From positions 62,001 through 126,000 of the forward strand of contig JAVKOQ020000054.1 in the NCBI GenBank assembly GCA_031835245.2: a stretch of DNA of 64,000 nucleotides, given 5' to 3'. A program made the translations under genes and the position numbers. Of the stretch, positions 49,241 through 61,498 are shown piece by piece. This DNA comes from Balamuthia mandrillaris. Taxonomy: Eukaryota. The notes beneath the pieces were generated by a model that saw nothing but the letters and a program-made list of their open reading frames with translations, made no database searches and was not told where the DNA came from. Numbering within the stretch: position 1 is the stretch's first letter; every line of letters begins with the position of its first letter.

Positions 49241-50203
49241 TTATTGCTGACTATCACCACCACCATTTTGCTGGGGATGTCTGCTTCCAGCTGCTCCGCC
49301 TTGCTGGCCGCTGCTAATGGCTTCTTTGCTGCTGTTTTGCTGTTGGCTGTACTGCTCCTCCGCGTCGCGGATGAGGTCTTCGTCCTCAGCCTCAGTGGCG
49401 GCCTCCGCAAAGGCGACAAGGTCCTCCTGGAACTCTCTCTCCAGCTGGGCCTCGATTTCCCGCTCGATCATGGAATTGATCTCGTCCTCAACGGCCAAGT
49501 CCGCTTCCACCAACTGCCTGATCTCCTCGGACATGGAGGTAGGCCCCGTGTAGCCGGAGGAGGGATGCCCGTAGAGGTGGGGTTGGAGGTAGCTCAAACC
49601 CATCAAATGTTGGTTGTAATCGTCGGGTCCACCATGCGCGGGAACAGGAGCGTAGGGGTTGTAAGCCATGCCACCGCCACCCATGTAGAGGCCGCCGACG
49701 TCATCGCTTCCCATAGCGGCAGCAGCGTGGGAGTAACGGCAATGCTCTCCAAAACGACACCGACCCTGAGCAAAGTAGCGACAGGGTATGCTGCTTTCAA
49801 AGGAGGAGGAGGAGGAGGAAGCGGCAGAGGTAGAAGAGGAAGAAGCAGAGGCGGTGGCCGAATGGCTAAACCGACAGTCATCTCCAAACTTGCAGCTGCC
49901 TTGCGCAAAGTAACGGCATGGAGGGGCCTCAGAACCGTAGCCTGAGTAGTCGCCTCCACCGCCACCAGAAGAGTAAGGGGAGTAGGAGGAATAGGAGGAA
50001 GAAGAGGAAGAGTCGTGGTGATGGGGGGAATAGGTGGAACTGCCCGCGGCAAGGATTGCCTGATCTTGGAATACCTCGTAGGAGGAGGAGGATTGGTGAT
50101 AATTGTGTGGTGCGGTTGCTTGTGCGTAGCTGACGTGGTGAGGAGGTTGCTGGCCTCCGTCCTCGGACCTCGAACCCGAGGGCGTTCCTTGTGGTGGATT
50201 CAT
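49241..50203 (-). CDS. Tandem CCCH zinc-finger protein
   Basis: CRYFAQGSCKFGDDCRFSH and CRYFAQGRCRFGEHCRYSH (C-x7-C-x5-C-x3-H), with an acidic coiled tail. Confidence 0.85.
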   Translation of the reverse strand: MNPPQGTPSGSRSEDGGQQPPHHVSYAQATAPHNYHQSSSSYEVFQDQAILAAGSSTYSPHHHDSSSSSSYSSYSPYSSGGGGGDYSGYGSEAPPCRYFAQGSCKFGDDCRFSHSATASASSSSTSAASSSSSSFESSIPCRYFAQGRCRFGEHCRYSHAAAAMGSDDVGGLYMGGGGMAYNPYAPVPAHGGPDDYNQHLMGLSYLQPHLYGHPSSGYTGPTSMSEEIRQLVEADLAVEDEINSMIEREIEAQLEREFQEDLVAFAEAATEAEDEDLIRDAEEQYSQQQNSSKEAISSGQQGGAAGSRHPQQNGGGDSQQ

Positions 50204-51332
50204 AACTGTGAGGCATTTTGCAAAATCATCAGTGAGTGAGTGAACTCAACATTTGTTTTTTTTTCGCAATCAAAGTCGCTATCAAAATCACACTGATATA
50301 TTGTACCTTTCTATTTACTTGTTTTCAAAAGAGAAAAAGTGAACACGCACTCCAAACTAAAAAAAAAAAGACCCTTTCCGATCAACAAAAAAAAGGGGGG
50401 TGGGGTGGTGGAGGGGCGTGCTAGTTTCTTGCCCTCCGCGGTGAAGTGTGTGCAGCGGGGTTGGGTGTGTTCTTTTTGACGTAAAAGAAAATAACGGGCC
50501 TGCGCTTGGGCGTAAGGGGAGGGTTTTTAGGTGGTCGCGGGTTGCCAGCTGACGGCAGGGTGTTGAAGAGAAATGAAGCGGTCCTCTTCATGCTCTGTTT
50601 TTCCGTAGAAAAGAGGACATTCGGCTGTCCCTATTCCCCCTCCCCTGAATGCCGGCAATAGCTCACCCGTTGATTTTGTGTCGACTCACCCAACCCCTGA
50701 TGGAGACGGAGAGCAAAAGGAAGAATGCCTCGGGGGCGCTCTTCCCTCGTGCAACGATGTCGTAGTCTGCGTCAGCACAGGTAAAAGAGAACCACATCGC
50801 TATGGGTGCACTTCGCAAGAGGCCAGAGATTTCCTGTCCGGAATGGCCGTGCCTGCTACTACCGGAAGTAAGAAACACGAGTGGAGACCCCAAGAATACA
50901 GGCAAGCCCATTGGAGTTGGAACTCTCTGAGGATTGGTCACCACCACCCCCAGCACCGCAGGGATTTGAAGCTTGGTGAGAGGACCACGCTACCACCACG
51001 TCGTCTCGGCGGACCGCTCTGCGAAGCAACCAGATGTGCGGTAGACGCAGGTTGCGCTGCGAGTAATCCTTTTATGAGGAAAGGGGTTCAAAAGGGGGGT
51101 TGTCCTCGTCCCTACATTTTCCTAATCGCATCAATCGTGTCCTTTCGCGGACATACCGGCACTCTCTTAGATCAAAAGTTACTAACAAAGCACGCCGTTA
51201 CACACCAGTGTCAGCGGCAGGTAAGCAAACACGAACCCTTTTGTCAAGACAGCAAAAAGTTTCCCATACGCAATAGTACTCCCGTAGCTACCCCTGCCCT
51301 GGGCTGCACTGTTTTACTACTACGCTTGGAGG

Positions 51333-52788
51333 ATGACCAAAGTGATGCAAGCCTCCCCAGCCCACTTACCCCTTCGCCTGGAAGAGGTGGAAGACGGAGA
51401 TGAATCAAGCAGCTCCACAACTACGAGTTCCTGGTCCAGACAAGCCTCTCAGTTTTCGCTCGGCGCATGGACCGACAGCTCCTCCGGACCCGAATGTGAT
51501 ACTCCACGCCTTCCTGCGCACCTTCTAGAACTGTCGATGGAAATGACCAACTCTTTTTTTCTCAACTGTATATTGCGTGACGAGAGAGCAAGAGGCGTTT
51601 TCCTAAGCTTCCTCGAAAAGAGGCACTGCGAAGGTCAGTTTTTCTCCGTTCTCTATTTGTCTGTCTCTGTGTTGGCTAACAGGGCTGTAACACACTTCTA
51701 TCAGAAAACCTAATATTCTGGATGGAGGCCGAAGTTTACAGAAAGGTTAAAGAGCATGGCCAAAGAAAAATAAAGGCTGAGGAGATGGTGGAACAATTCA
51801 TAAGGGAAGGTGCAAGACATGAGATCAATATCAGCGCTGTTAGAAAGCAAGAGATAATCCAAAATATGGAAGAATCACCTTCGTGCCTATTTTCCAACTC
51901 GCAGAAGGATATCTTCCTTTTGATGGTGCACGGAACCTTCGACTTCTTTCTTCGAAGCCAACGATACAAGCAATACAAACGTATGTATTGCATTGCTTTG
52001 AAAGGTGAACTTCGAACTGATAATTGCTCCTCCTAAACTGCTCAGGACAAGAAGGCAAGTATGAAGGAGAATTGAGGCAAAAAGAGCTGCTCAAGGGACA
52101 AGCCAGCCCAAAGAGCAAGAAGCTGCCGAAGGAGAAGCAGAGCAAAGAGGAAGGAGGACACTCCCCCAAGGTGAAACAAAACAAGGTGAAACGGCTTTCC
52201 CGGCTTTGGAAGACGCGACATGAGAAAGCTTCCGACGAATTCGCATCTCCATCTTCCTCTCCAAACATGGATCGTCGGCGGAGCGGTTCGTCTTCTCAAC
52301 CAACGTTGCCTGGTAGCGAAATATCCCATCGTGAAGAAGACTCTACCAACATTCGTCTCGTCAACTCGTCGCCCTCTCTCTCTTCCTCTGCCGACATATT
52401 GCTGAATAGAATTGCTCGCCAAAAAACGGCTGCTGTGTTGGAAGAGGAGCAAGAAGATAAAGGGACTACCCTTCATGAAGACTTAGAGATGGGGAGCAGC
52501 ACGCCTCAGTCCGCCCGCAAGAACAAAGCCAAACGCCGAAACACAAAGAACAAAGAAAAAAAGCGCAAGGAAAGGAGAGAACGAAGGAGCGTGGGATTTG
52601 AACCTTACGCCAGCGGCACCATTACACACTCCAGCCAAGTAGACGTGCTTGTGGTTACGCCCACAACAAGGAATCGAGCAAGCAGTTGGATGCCCGCCGC
52701 TCAACCCTCCTCCTCACCCTCCACTGCTGAAGGAAGAAGACGAAGCAGCAGTGGGCTGGGAAGCAGGCCCACTGGACTTTTGCTTTAA
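51333..52788 (+). CDS. RGS (regulator of G-protein signalling) domain protein
   Basis: ILRDERARGVFLSFLEKRHCE-ENLIFWMEAEVY..FIREGARHEINIS..FSNSQKDIFLLMVHGTFDFFLRSQRY. Two introns; the 5' end is uncertain. Confidence 0.85.
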
Positions 52789-52997
52789 GGTCAGAGGACA
52801 CGACGGTTATCTTCTTGCGGTTTGTGTGGATGTTGAAGTTTGTGGCTTCTCTGTTGTTGTATTATTTAACAAGCAGGTCTATGATACCTACTTGAGAAAC
52901 GCTCACACCATGCCATCTATCTTTCTCTATCAAAAACAATAACGCAAATGCGACCAAAAAAAAAAGGCTGTGTATATGTAATATTGATCGGCGTTCT

Positions 52998-54828
52998 TTA
53001 GGCAGGTATGTCGATGAGAGTATTCGTTTCTCTAGACTTTTCTTCGTCTTCTGCTTCTTCGTCCTCTTCTTCATCGGTAAACGAAGGCTGGGTAGTCTGC
53101 GAAGAACCACCTTCGCTTTGCGAAGTATTGACCGTGACAGGCGCTGTAACCATATCCGATATTAGTGCGCGGGGAGAAGAGGGAGAGAAAGAGAGGGAAC
53201 TTACCCCAAGGAATATTTCGATGAGTGCTGTAATCAGAAGGCTTTCTAATGACAGTGTGAACAAATGGTATGGGCTGGAAGGTCGCCGCATAATCGGAAG
53301 CAGAAGATGAAGAGGAGGCGGTGGAAGGAGTAGAGGGTGGACAGCCGGCACCGGAAACGTTGTTGCTGAGTTCTTGAAAGGTATCCTTATCCAAATTGAG
53401 CTCAGCAAAGTCCTTCTCCAACTGGGCATAGGCGTCACGCCTCTTGTGTTCGGCCACTTCCTCCACGCTCTGGATCTTACCATCACGCATCCATATTACA
53501 CGATCAGCAAAGTTCTTAAGACTGAGCTCGTGTGTGACCATGATCAACGTCATTCCATCCTTTGAGTGTAAGTCGGTAAGAAGCTTCATGACAATAAGGG
53601 TGTTGATAGTGTCGAGGTCTCCTGTAGGCTCATCCAGCAACAGGATTTGGGGATCGTTGGCTATGGAACGAGCAATGGTGACGCGCTGCTGCTCACCACC
53701 AGACAACTGGGAGGGTACGTGGTTGAGACGACCGCTCATACCTACTCTTGACAGTAGTTCTCTCGCCCTCTCTCTGCGCTCCCTTCGACCGTACTTGCCT
53801 GCCAGTATCATCGGCAACATCACATTCTCGACTGCTGTCAACGAGGACAGCAAGTTAAATGTCTGGAAGACAAACCCTCTGTGGTAGCGTCCGGTGTTTT
53901 AAAAGTCATTGTTACATTGTGGCGATTCCTAAGTGCACAAAGGTGAAGCACGGTACGTACAATTTTGTCCGTCTGATCTCAGAGAGCTCAGCATCAGTGG
54001 TAGACTTGGATACTCCTAATAAGAGGCAGCAACAGAAGCTGCAATCAGCAAGCAAACCCCAACAACACAAAAGCAAAGAAGAGGACACGAACTGCAGTTA
54101 CAAATGCGCATGTTGCCTTTGGTCGGTTTGTCTATAGTTCCCATTATGTTCAACAACGAAGTCTTACCACCTGTCCATAAGAGCCAACATACACACTCAG
54201 TATCAAGAGAAAGGAGGGAGGGAGAAGAGGGAGTGAAGCTCCTTCTTGGTGGCCAAAGGTACCTCCCGATGTTCCAAAAATGACAAGAAACTCGCCTCGT
54301 CTCACGCTCAAGGACACTCCACGTAGCGCTGGTACTCCCTCCACTCCTAGCAAGTACGTCTTGTGGATGTTCTTCATCGTTAGAATGAGGGCCTCGTCCT
54401 CTCGTTCGTACTCATCCAGTTCCACCAACGCCTGTTATTGTTTTGTTTTTTTTGTAACGAGAAGAACATACATATGAACAAGAACATGAGAGAAAGCGCA
54501 AGAGAGAGAAACAAACGGAAGGACGTACGGTGACATTACCCCCAGAGAGGTATTGGTCAGCCTCGTACTCATGGTGTGCTTGTTTCATGATCTTCATGTC
54601 CTCTTGGTCTTCGATGCCGTCCGCCACAACATCGACCACGGTTTCTTCCTCTTCTTCCCCAGGAACCACCAGCTTTTCTTCCTCGTCACTCTCGTGCCCC
54701 TTGCCTTTGCCCTTGCCCTTGCCTTTGGCCTTGAGGTCCCTGCTGCCATCTTGCAGCATGGCTTTCCTCTTCTGCTGCGCCCGCAGCTTCTCATCAAACG
54801 TTTCCAGCTCAAATGTGTTGTGCTCCAT
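52998..54828 (-). CDS. Stand-alone ABC ATPase, LolD/MacB-type (like amoebozoan ABCH)
   Basis: ALRGVSLSV, Walker [50 protein letters not shown]. No TM segments. Confidence 0.9.
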
Positions 54829-55363
54829 TTCTCGCTCTCTATATAACCAATGAAGACGACTGCAAGCGGGAGAGAGTGGCAGGGAACCAGCTGCCAGGTG
54901 TGGGGGTGGCCTCTTGGCTGCCTTTGTGGCTGTTGGAAGGGCTTTCTCTTCTTTCTTTCTGTTGGTGGCTTTGTTGGGGGTAAAGCGGAGCAATGAATTT
55001 TTGTCGACGTGAAAGATCTCTGCTAGAGATGAGACAATGAAAAAGACAACAGAAAAGGCCTTTTTATGGTAAGTTTAAGCCTCTGTTTTGATTTTTGATT
55101 GGTGGTTTGAAACTTTCAGTCACAGATCAAAGCATTGCGCCGCTTTAGGGGGGGGGGCGCAGAATTTTCTTTTTGTTGTCTTTCGCTGACGTCATCCAGT
55201 GTCAAATTTCGTATCGGATAATTTTTATCCAGTGAAAAATCAAATCTGTAAAATTTCCGATTGGCCGAAAGTTCTCTTATATAAATTGATCGCGACCGAA
55301 ACAAAAAGCAGAGAAAACAAAAGGCGCAACAGCAGACAACAGAAGAGGAACGGCCCGTTACCG

Positions 55364-58300
55364 ATGAAAGGCTTTCGTGTGGTGGCTCTTTTACTTTTTG
55401 CTGGTAGGTTCCTACCTTCTTCTTCTTTCTTTATTCTTCGCTCAGGACGGTGATGGCTTGTTGCGAGACTTGTGCGTCGCGATGGAAGCCGACCGCCGTT
55501 TTTCTGACGTCAATTGTGTCTAACCGTGTTGGCATGGCCACTCCTGGCTGCAACAAACAACAGGTCTGCTGCTGGCAGAAGCACAACTAGTGAAGCAGCA
55601 GTCCCAGCTGCACCAGCTGCAGCGAAAGATACAACAAAGCTTCTGCATATCGCTTGGAGTGGAGAGCGAGGAGCTTTGTGCCAAAATCGCCCTCGATGAC
55701 ACCTGCCATTTTGTGAGTGGTCCCTCTCCTCTTCTTTCCCATTATTCTTTGTTTCTCTCTCTCTCTCTCACGCACACTCTTGCTCTACAGAACGTAACTT
55801 TGACAGCCGGTAAGACTCAAATCTTTGACAAGAGTTTTTATCAGCAGCTTCCTCCGAGCATGCAAGTATGTGCCCCGTGGAGCGAAGGCTGCGACCTCTG
55901 TCTCCGCTTTAACAACTTGGTCAGTCAGACAGAACCAGCCTGTATGGAAACCGCACTGTCTTGCTTTGGCGTTGAGCTCTCCACCGCCGAGTTGGGTTGT
56001 GTGGAGGGGTTGTCTGCTGGCCTTCGTGAATGCGGTAGCGTGTTTTTTCTATTCGTTATATTTTATCCTTGTTCTCCTTTGTTGTCTTCAGTGTCTTACA
56101 CCAGCAACATAGTCAAGTGTCCTCAGGGCTGCTCAGAACACGGCATTTGCGAAAATGGAGTATGCCGATGCGATGAGGGATGGACAGGGGAAGCCTGTTC
56201 GCAAGGTTGGCTATCTTTTTTGCCCATTTACAGTCCCTGCTTCACATTGACCAACCAAAAAACGAACAGCGAAACCAGAGCTGCTGTGGCACGCTTGCCC
56301 TTTTGGGGGTATCATAGGCCTACAAAACCTCTGCCTGGATATAAGCTATGCCTCCTGTGAACTGGTTTGTTATTGCACCATTCGCACCCCTCTATCAAGT
56401 AACTGCAGAGAGCTGATCACTTCTTCTTTTTGTTTTATTTTATCGTTATTGCGCCTATAACAGATTTTGGGAGTAGTGTTTAGAGGGTTAGACATTTTTG
56501 GCCAGAGTATAAGCCTTGCCGAAATGCTAGAGGACCCTACCAATCAGTTCTGCGTGGAGCCCATCGATGGCTGTGAAATTTGCGCATCAGTACCGGACTT
56601 TACTTTGGACAAGAACACTCACCTGGCCTCTGGTTGCCCTGCCTTGGCAGGCAATTGTTTTGGAATGGAACTTCCTGGAGATACCTATGCTTTACCGTGC
56701 TTCGAGGATAGCCAGATATTGGGCGAATGCGGTATTGATTTCTCTTCCCTATACGCATTGTTTTTTAAATCTTCCGTGGTACTCTTTTCTGCTTTGTTTG
56801 GTGATACTAAGCCTTGCTTGTGTACAGTTGGGTGTCCAAATGATTGCACTGCTCCAAACGGGGAATGTGTGGATGGCCACTGCAAATGCAAAGACGACTG
56901 GATTGGCCTGGATTGTTCCTACAGTACGTTTCTTTTTTATTCCGCCTCCCAAAAACACGTTTTTGTGATGTGGCGTGCATGCGATTAATTCGGCTTCAGA
57001 GGACTGTCCCCATAAATGCTCGGAGCATGGTCGTTGTGTTCGCGGTTTTTGCTTGTGTGATGAAGGCTGGTCCGGAATCGAGTGTTCCATACGTAAGTTT
57101 CGTTAGCTAACATCAGCTTCCTCCTCAATCAAAACCAGTCGCACCAGCGATTACCCCTTTTCCTGTCTCTGCCACTAATGGACTTTTATCAAACGCAGCG
57201 TGCACAACCTCTCCCACTGACACCATGCTTATATCCGAACAGAGCCAGGCTGTTATCCTTAAAAAGGGACAGCCTGCTCATTTCTTTATCACCACAGAGG
57301 AGCCATTGGGGTCCCTCTCCTTTACCTTTGCACGAATCGATGCCGGCACGTCCTTGTCTCTGCATGGATGGTTGAGAGAGTCCTGCCAAGCAGGGCCCGC
57401 ATTCTACGATGCCGATTTTCCTACCACTTCCTGGTCTTCCAGCGACTCCTCAGCTGTTAAGCTCTTCAACGCTCTCGAGGATTGTCCGCCTGAAGCCGAA
57501 AAGGGTGGCAGATGGTACTTCAATTTGACTTGTTCAGAAACTTCTGCGTCAGACTCCACCTGTCGTGTTCGTGTAACTCCTCATGGTATGTTGCTCTCCA
57601 TTCCTCCCTTACGTTGGAAAGTTTCTCTGTCCGTTAGTTGGTTGGAAGTTGAGTTGACGGTTTGATGATTTCCAGGCTGACCTTTTTTTCCCCCCTTTCT
57701 CTTTGCAGTGAGGACAATACAAGCACTGGGCAGTACACCACATGAGGCATTTATAACGCCTGAAGAGGTGCATTACTACTCTATCACCAGCACAGCCACA
57801 GGCAGCGGCCAGTTCCTAGTGCTGAACATATCTCAAGCACCCACTTCTTCAGTGGAGGAGGCCAAGCGTAAGCCACTTGGCCTCATTGCCGTGGAACGGA
57901 GTCGCTGTCCATTGCAGGCTGAGGCTCAGGCCGCCACTTCCATGGCCGTTATAAAAAGTCCCACCAGCCAGAGCGTCCAGTCAGGGCAACAAGGCACCAC
58001 CTACGTGTCCAACCATTACGACCTTTTGCTCGCAAATCTCACAAGAGGAGAATACTTTATCCGGGTGGCGGGGCCAGCTTCCTCCACTTCTGTCGCAACG
58101 GCAATGCGGTATACCATACAGGCTAGCCTCTCTTCTAGCTACTGCTCTGAACCCTGCCAGAATGAAGGTGCATGTGCTGGCCTCAATACTTGTCTCTGCC
58201 CAAAGGAATGGGCTGGCCATCTTTGTGAGCTGCGTACGTATTCCTTCATTTTCTTACAGGCGAGTTGGTTTGCTAACCTTCATTTGCGCCGTTGTTGCTT

Positions 58301-58608
58301 CGTTACTACCACTATGAGCAGCGCGGTGCGACCTGCCGTGTGAACATGGCGTATGCACAGCCTATCAAACGTGCAAGTGTGAGGATGGGTGGACCGGTTC
58401 CCAATGCAACCACCGTAGCTCTTCTTCCAATTCTCCCTCCCGCACTTCGCTATTCTTCCTGGGGGCCATCACGATGGGCGGCATTGTTCTTGTGGCGGCG
58501 TTGGGCGGTGGTGCCTACGTCTGGTACCGAAGAAGGAAAGCTAGCCGCCTGCAAGCTGACTTTCTTGAAATGGAGGAAAGCTTTATGTCAGCCGCCAACT
58601 TTGAGTAA
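55364..58608 (+). CDS. Cys-rich EGF-repeat (tenascin-type) single-pass surface protein, multi-exon
   Basis: Signal [16 protein letters not shown] repeats [82 protein letters not shown] and others. [32 protein letters not shown], ending AANFE*. Confidence 0.8.
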
Positions 58609-58673
58609 CTCGTTCATCTGTGTGCACACTAACAAATATTTTTGTACATTTTTCTTGTTTAGGACAATGCATT

Positions 58674-61035
58674 CTATGCTTCCTCTTCCTCTTCTTCCTC
58701 TTCCTTCTCGTCCCCCTCACTGTGGGACGACAACCCATCCACATCAATTTCATCATTTTCTCGTGTCAGCGCCTCAGAGAAGAAGCCAGTGCTGGCGGAG
58801 CTGCTAGCCCCTGAATCATCCTCCTCTTCTTGTTGGGGGTACGGAAGAGAAGAAGGATAGGAGACAGGATGACCGCTACGAGCGGGGTGTTGGGGTGGGG
58901 CAGGACCCTTCAGCAGATACCTGCACACCAGAAAGCCAGAAGGTCCCTTTTCCCTCCAGCAGCGCTCCACTGAGTAAAAGCCATCAAAGCGATAACCCTC
59001 GATTGGGGCATACAGCGAGTTGGATTGTGAGCCGCGTATCACTCGCACTTGCTGGTTCGTCTTACACAACTTCTTCAAACCTTGGGCAGTTCCGATGCAA
59101 AGGCGGAAGGTGAGAACAATGCGAAAAATCACCATGAAAAATTTGGCTAACCTGCATTGGCCCGTGTGAATTCTTGGTCTTTTGTTTGGACGCGAGAATT
59201 AGGTTCAAAGCCACCACTGCCCGTATAAACAATGGTATGACCCCAGTCTACGTCGCTATACCCGCCAGACAGTACCACTGACACAGCGCCATACTCCCCG
59301 CCCCATATGCCTGCTTGCATCGGCCGATGCAGTCCCGATACCATTAGCTCCCGCCTTTGGTAAATAACTCGGTTAATTTTGAGCGAACGTGAGAGAGAGA
59401 GAGAGACAGAGAGAGAGAGAGACAGAGAGAGAGAGAGACAGAGAGAACCGTGACATAAATATGGTGCCAATGGGTATCAAAAGCTCTAGGTCCACGTTGG
59501 AAGTAGGGTCAGGGAGAACAGGAAGAGGCTGCATGAAGCACCAATGCATACTTGTATCCTCCACCTGTGGGGCTTTGGTCTTGAATTCTCTCCTCTTTTT
59601 GTCGTTCATGCCTTCGTTTGATTCTCCCTTCATTTGTTTTCGCTCTACAGTGTCAACAAGTTTCTCTTTCTTGGGTTCTCGTCTCTCTTTCACCTTTTTT
59701 CGTTCAGGAATAACAGGCGGTCTTTTGTATTGTTTCGGTTTTTGCATGGGCATCTCATTCAAAACTTTGAGTCTCTGCAGACGCAGTGCTTCCTCCTTGG
59801 ACGTCATTATTTCTTCTGGAATGAGGGTATCATCAGGGAGTTGCGTTGGCGCTTGTTCTGTTGAACATAATGCTGCTTCTTTCAATTTAGCAGCAACCCA
59901 CAAGCCATAGAGGAAGAGACTGATGACTTGAAAGGAGAAAGCATTTACCCGCCTCTAACGGTAGTTTTGGTACTCCTTCTGGCGAAACTAGTTTCCACTC
60001 CTCCCTTGCTTTCAAATAGGCAGTATCCTGAGTGCATTGGGGGGGGGAGACGGGGTGTGGGAGTGGGTGTGGAGGTCAATTAAGAGAGATAGCAAAAGGA
60101 GAATAAAGACTTAAACTCCACAAGAAAGAGAGAGAGAGAGACCTGCTTGGCCTGCATGTGGTGCTCGTTGGAGATGGAGGGCCAACAGAACGAAGGAGCA
60201 AAGGACAGAGGCTCAATGCTAGCTCGCAGCTTAGCTTGGGATAGGACGTTTGCTAAGTCTATTTTCTGAATGCGGTATGGAAGGAGATGAGATGGACACA
60301 ATTCGAGGGAGCAAGAAGAAAGTAACATACCGTTAATTCCTCTGCAGAGAAATGATGTTTGATGGAATGGAGGAGCTTATGTGTAATGTAGAACAGCGGG
60401 TTGGCAAGGTAAGCCTCCCTGCATTAAACAACAAAACAAAGTAATACGTTACAAAGTGAACGTTGAAAAACGAGGGAGACTCATGTATGCAGTAACATGG
60501 CAGGAGTGTTACCTTCTTGCTTGGCTTAAAATGCTGCCGATCTCAATTCTCTGCAGAGCGATAGGTGTTTGAGAGTACTGTAAGGAACGAACGATCACAC
60601 CGGAACCAAGAGGAGAGAAAAGAGGTGAGCAGGTCAAACCAGTTGGTCTTCTTGAGAAAGAGCAGCTAAGCAATTATTTCTTAAGGCCAAAACTTGACGA
60701 AAAAGAGCGCGGGATGCCGCTTGTGCTTCATCTCCTCCTTCTAAAGACTTGTTGTTGTGTGTGCTGCCGGTATGACGAGCCGCTGGTTGGGAGAGAACTG
60801 ATGCACCACCGTTCTCCCTGTTGACTCGCCGCTTCCTTTGTCGCTTGCCAGGCGGCGGGGCGGATTGGTGGTCACCGCTATTGCCTCTGTCATCTTGTTG
60901 CTGCCTTGCCCGTTTTGCGGGGCTGGCGGGAACCGCACCTCTCTTACTCAAACGCTCAGCGAGAGCCAGGCTGGCGGGGCTGCCTTCCGTTGTGCTTGCT
61001 CCTCCCCTCAGAGGCTGCTCGTTGTTGTTGTGCAT
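58674..61035 (-). CDS. SRA-YDG domain protein, multi-exon
   Basis: GLHRPMQAGI, GAVSVVLSGGYSDVDWGHTIVYTGSGG, DQEFTRANA, VRVIRG, YAPIEGYRFDGFYSV, CRYLL. The N-terminal exons are uncertain. Confidence 0.8.
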
Positions 61036-61074
61036 GTGGCGGGGTGTGGTGGGGCTTGTTGTCGACACAAACAA

Positions 61075-61255
61075 GCTTCTCCTCTCCTCTCCTTCCTCTC
61101 CTCTCTTTCCTCTCCTCTCTCCTCTCCTCTCCTCTCCTCCTCTCCTCTCCTCTCCCTCTCCCTCTCCTCTCCTCTCCTCTCCTCTCCTCTCCTCTCCTCT
61201 CCTCTCCTCTCCCTCTCTCCTCCCTCCTCTCCTCTCCTCTCCTCTCCTCTCCTCT
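61075..61255. repeat. (CTCTC)n pyrimidine array between divergent genes
   Basis: Seen directly. Confidence 0.9.
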
Positions 61256-61498
61256 CCGCATTGGGGATGGCTGAGGGGTGCATCGGTTTTTTCAAAGCTT
61301 TATTTAATAAGGATAACAAGGCCTTATTTGGTAAAACATGGCACGCCTTTTCGTCGGATTTCCGTTTTCCGGCCCACTGACGACACGCCAAAAGCGAAAG
61401 GTAACAGCCAGTCAACTGTGCGACGCACTGAACTTGCTCAAAGCTCCCCCAACACAACAGAATTAACGTCTTTGCGCTTCCGAAGTGATCATGCAAAC

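Noticed and set aside
50678..51403. 241-aa ORF upstream of the RGS gene
   Set aside because: Non-ATG start and no recognisable motif. It may hold 5' exons or UTR of the RGS gene but cannot be supported as a gene.
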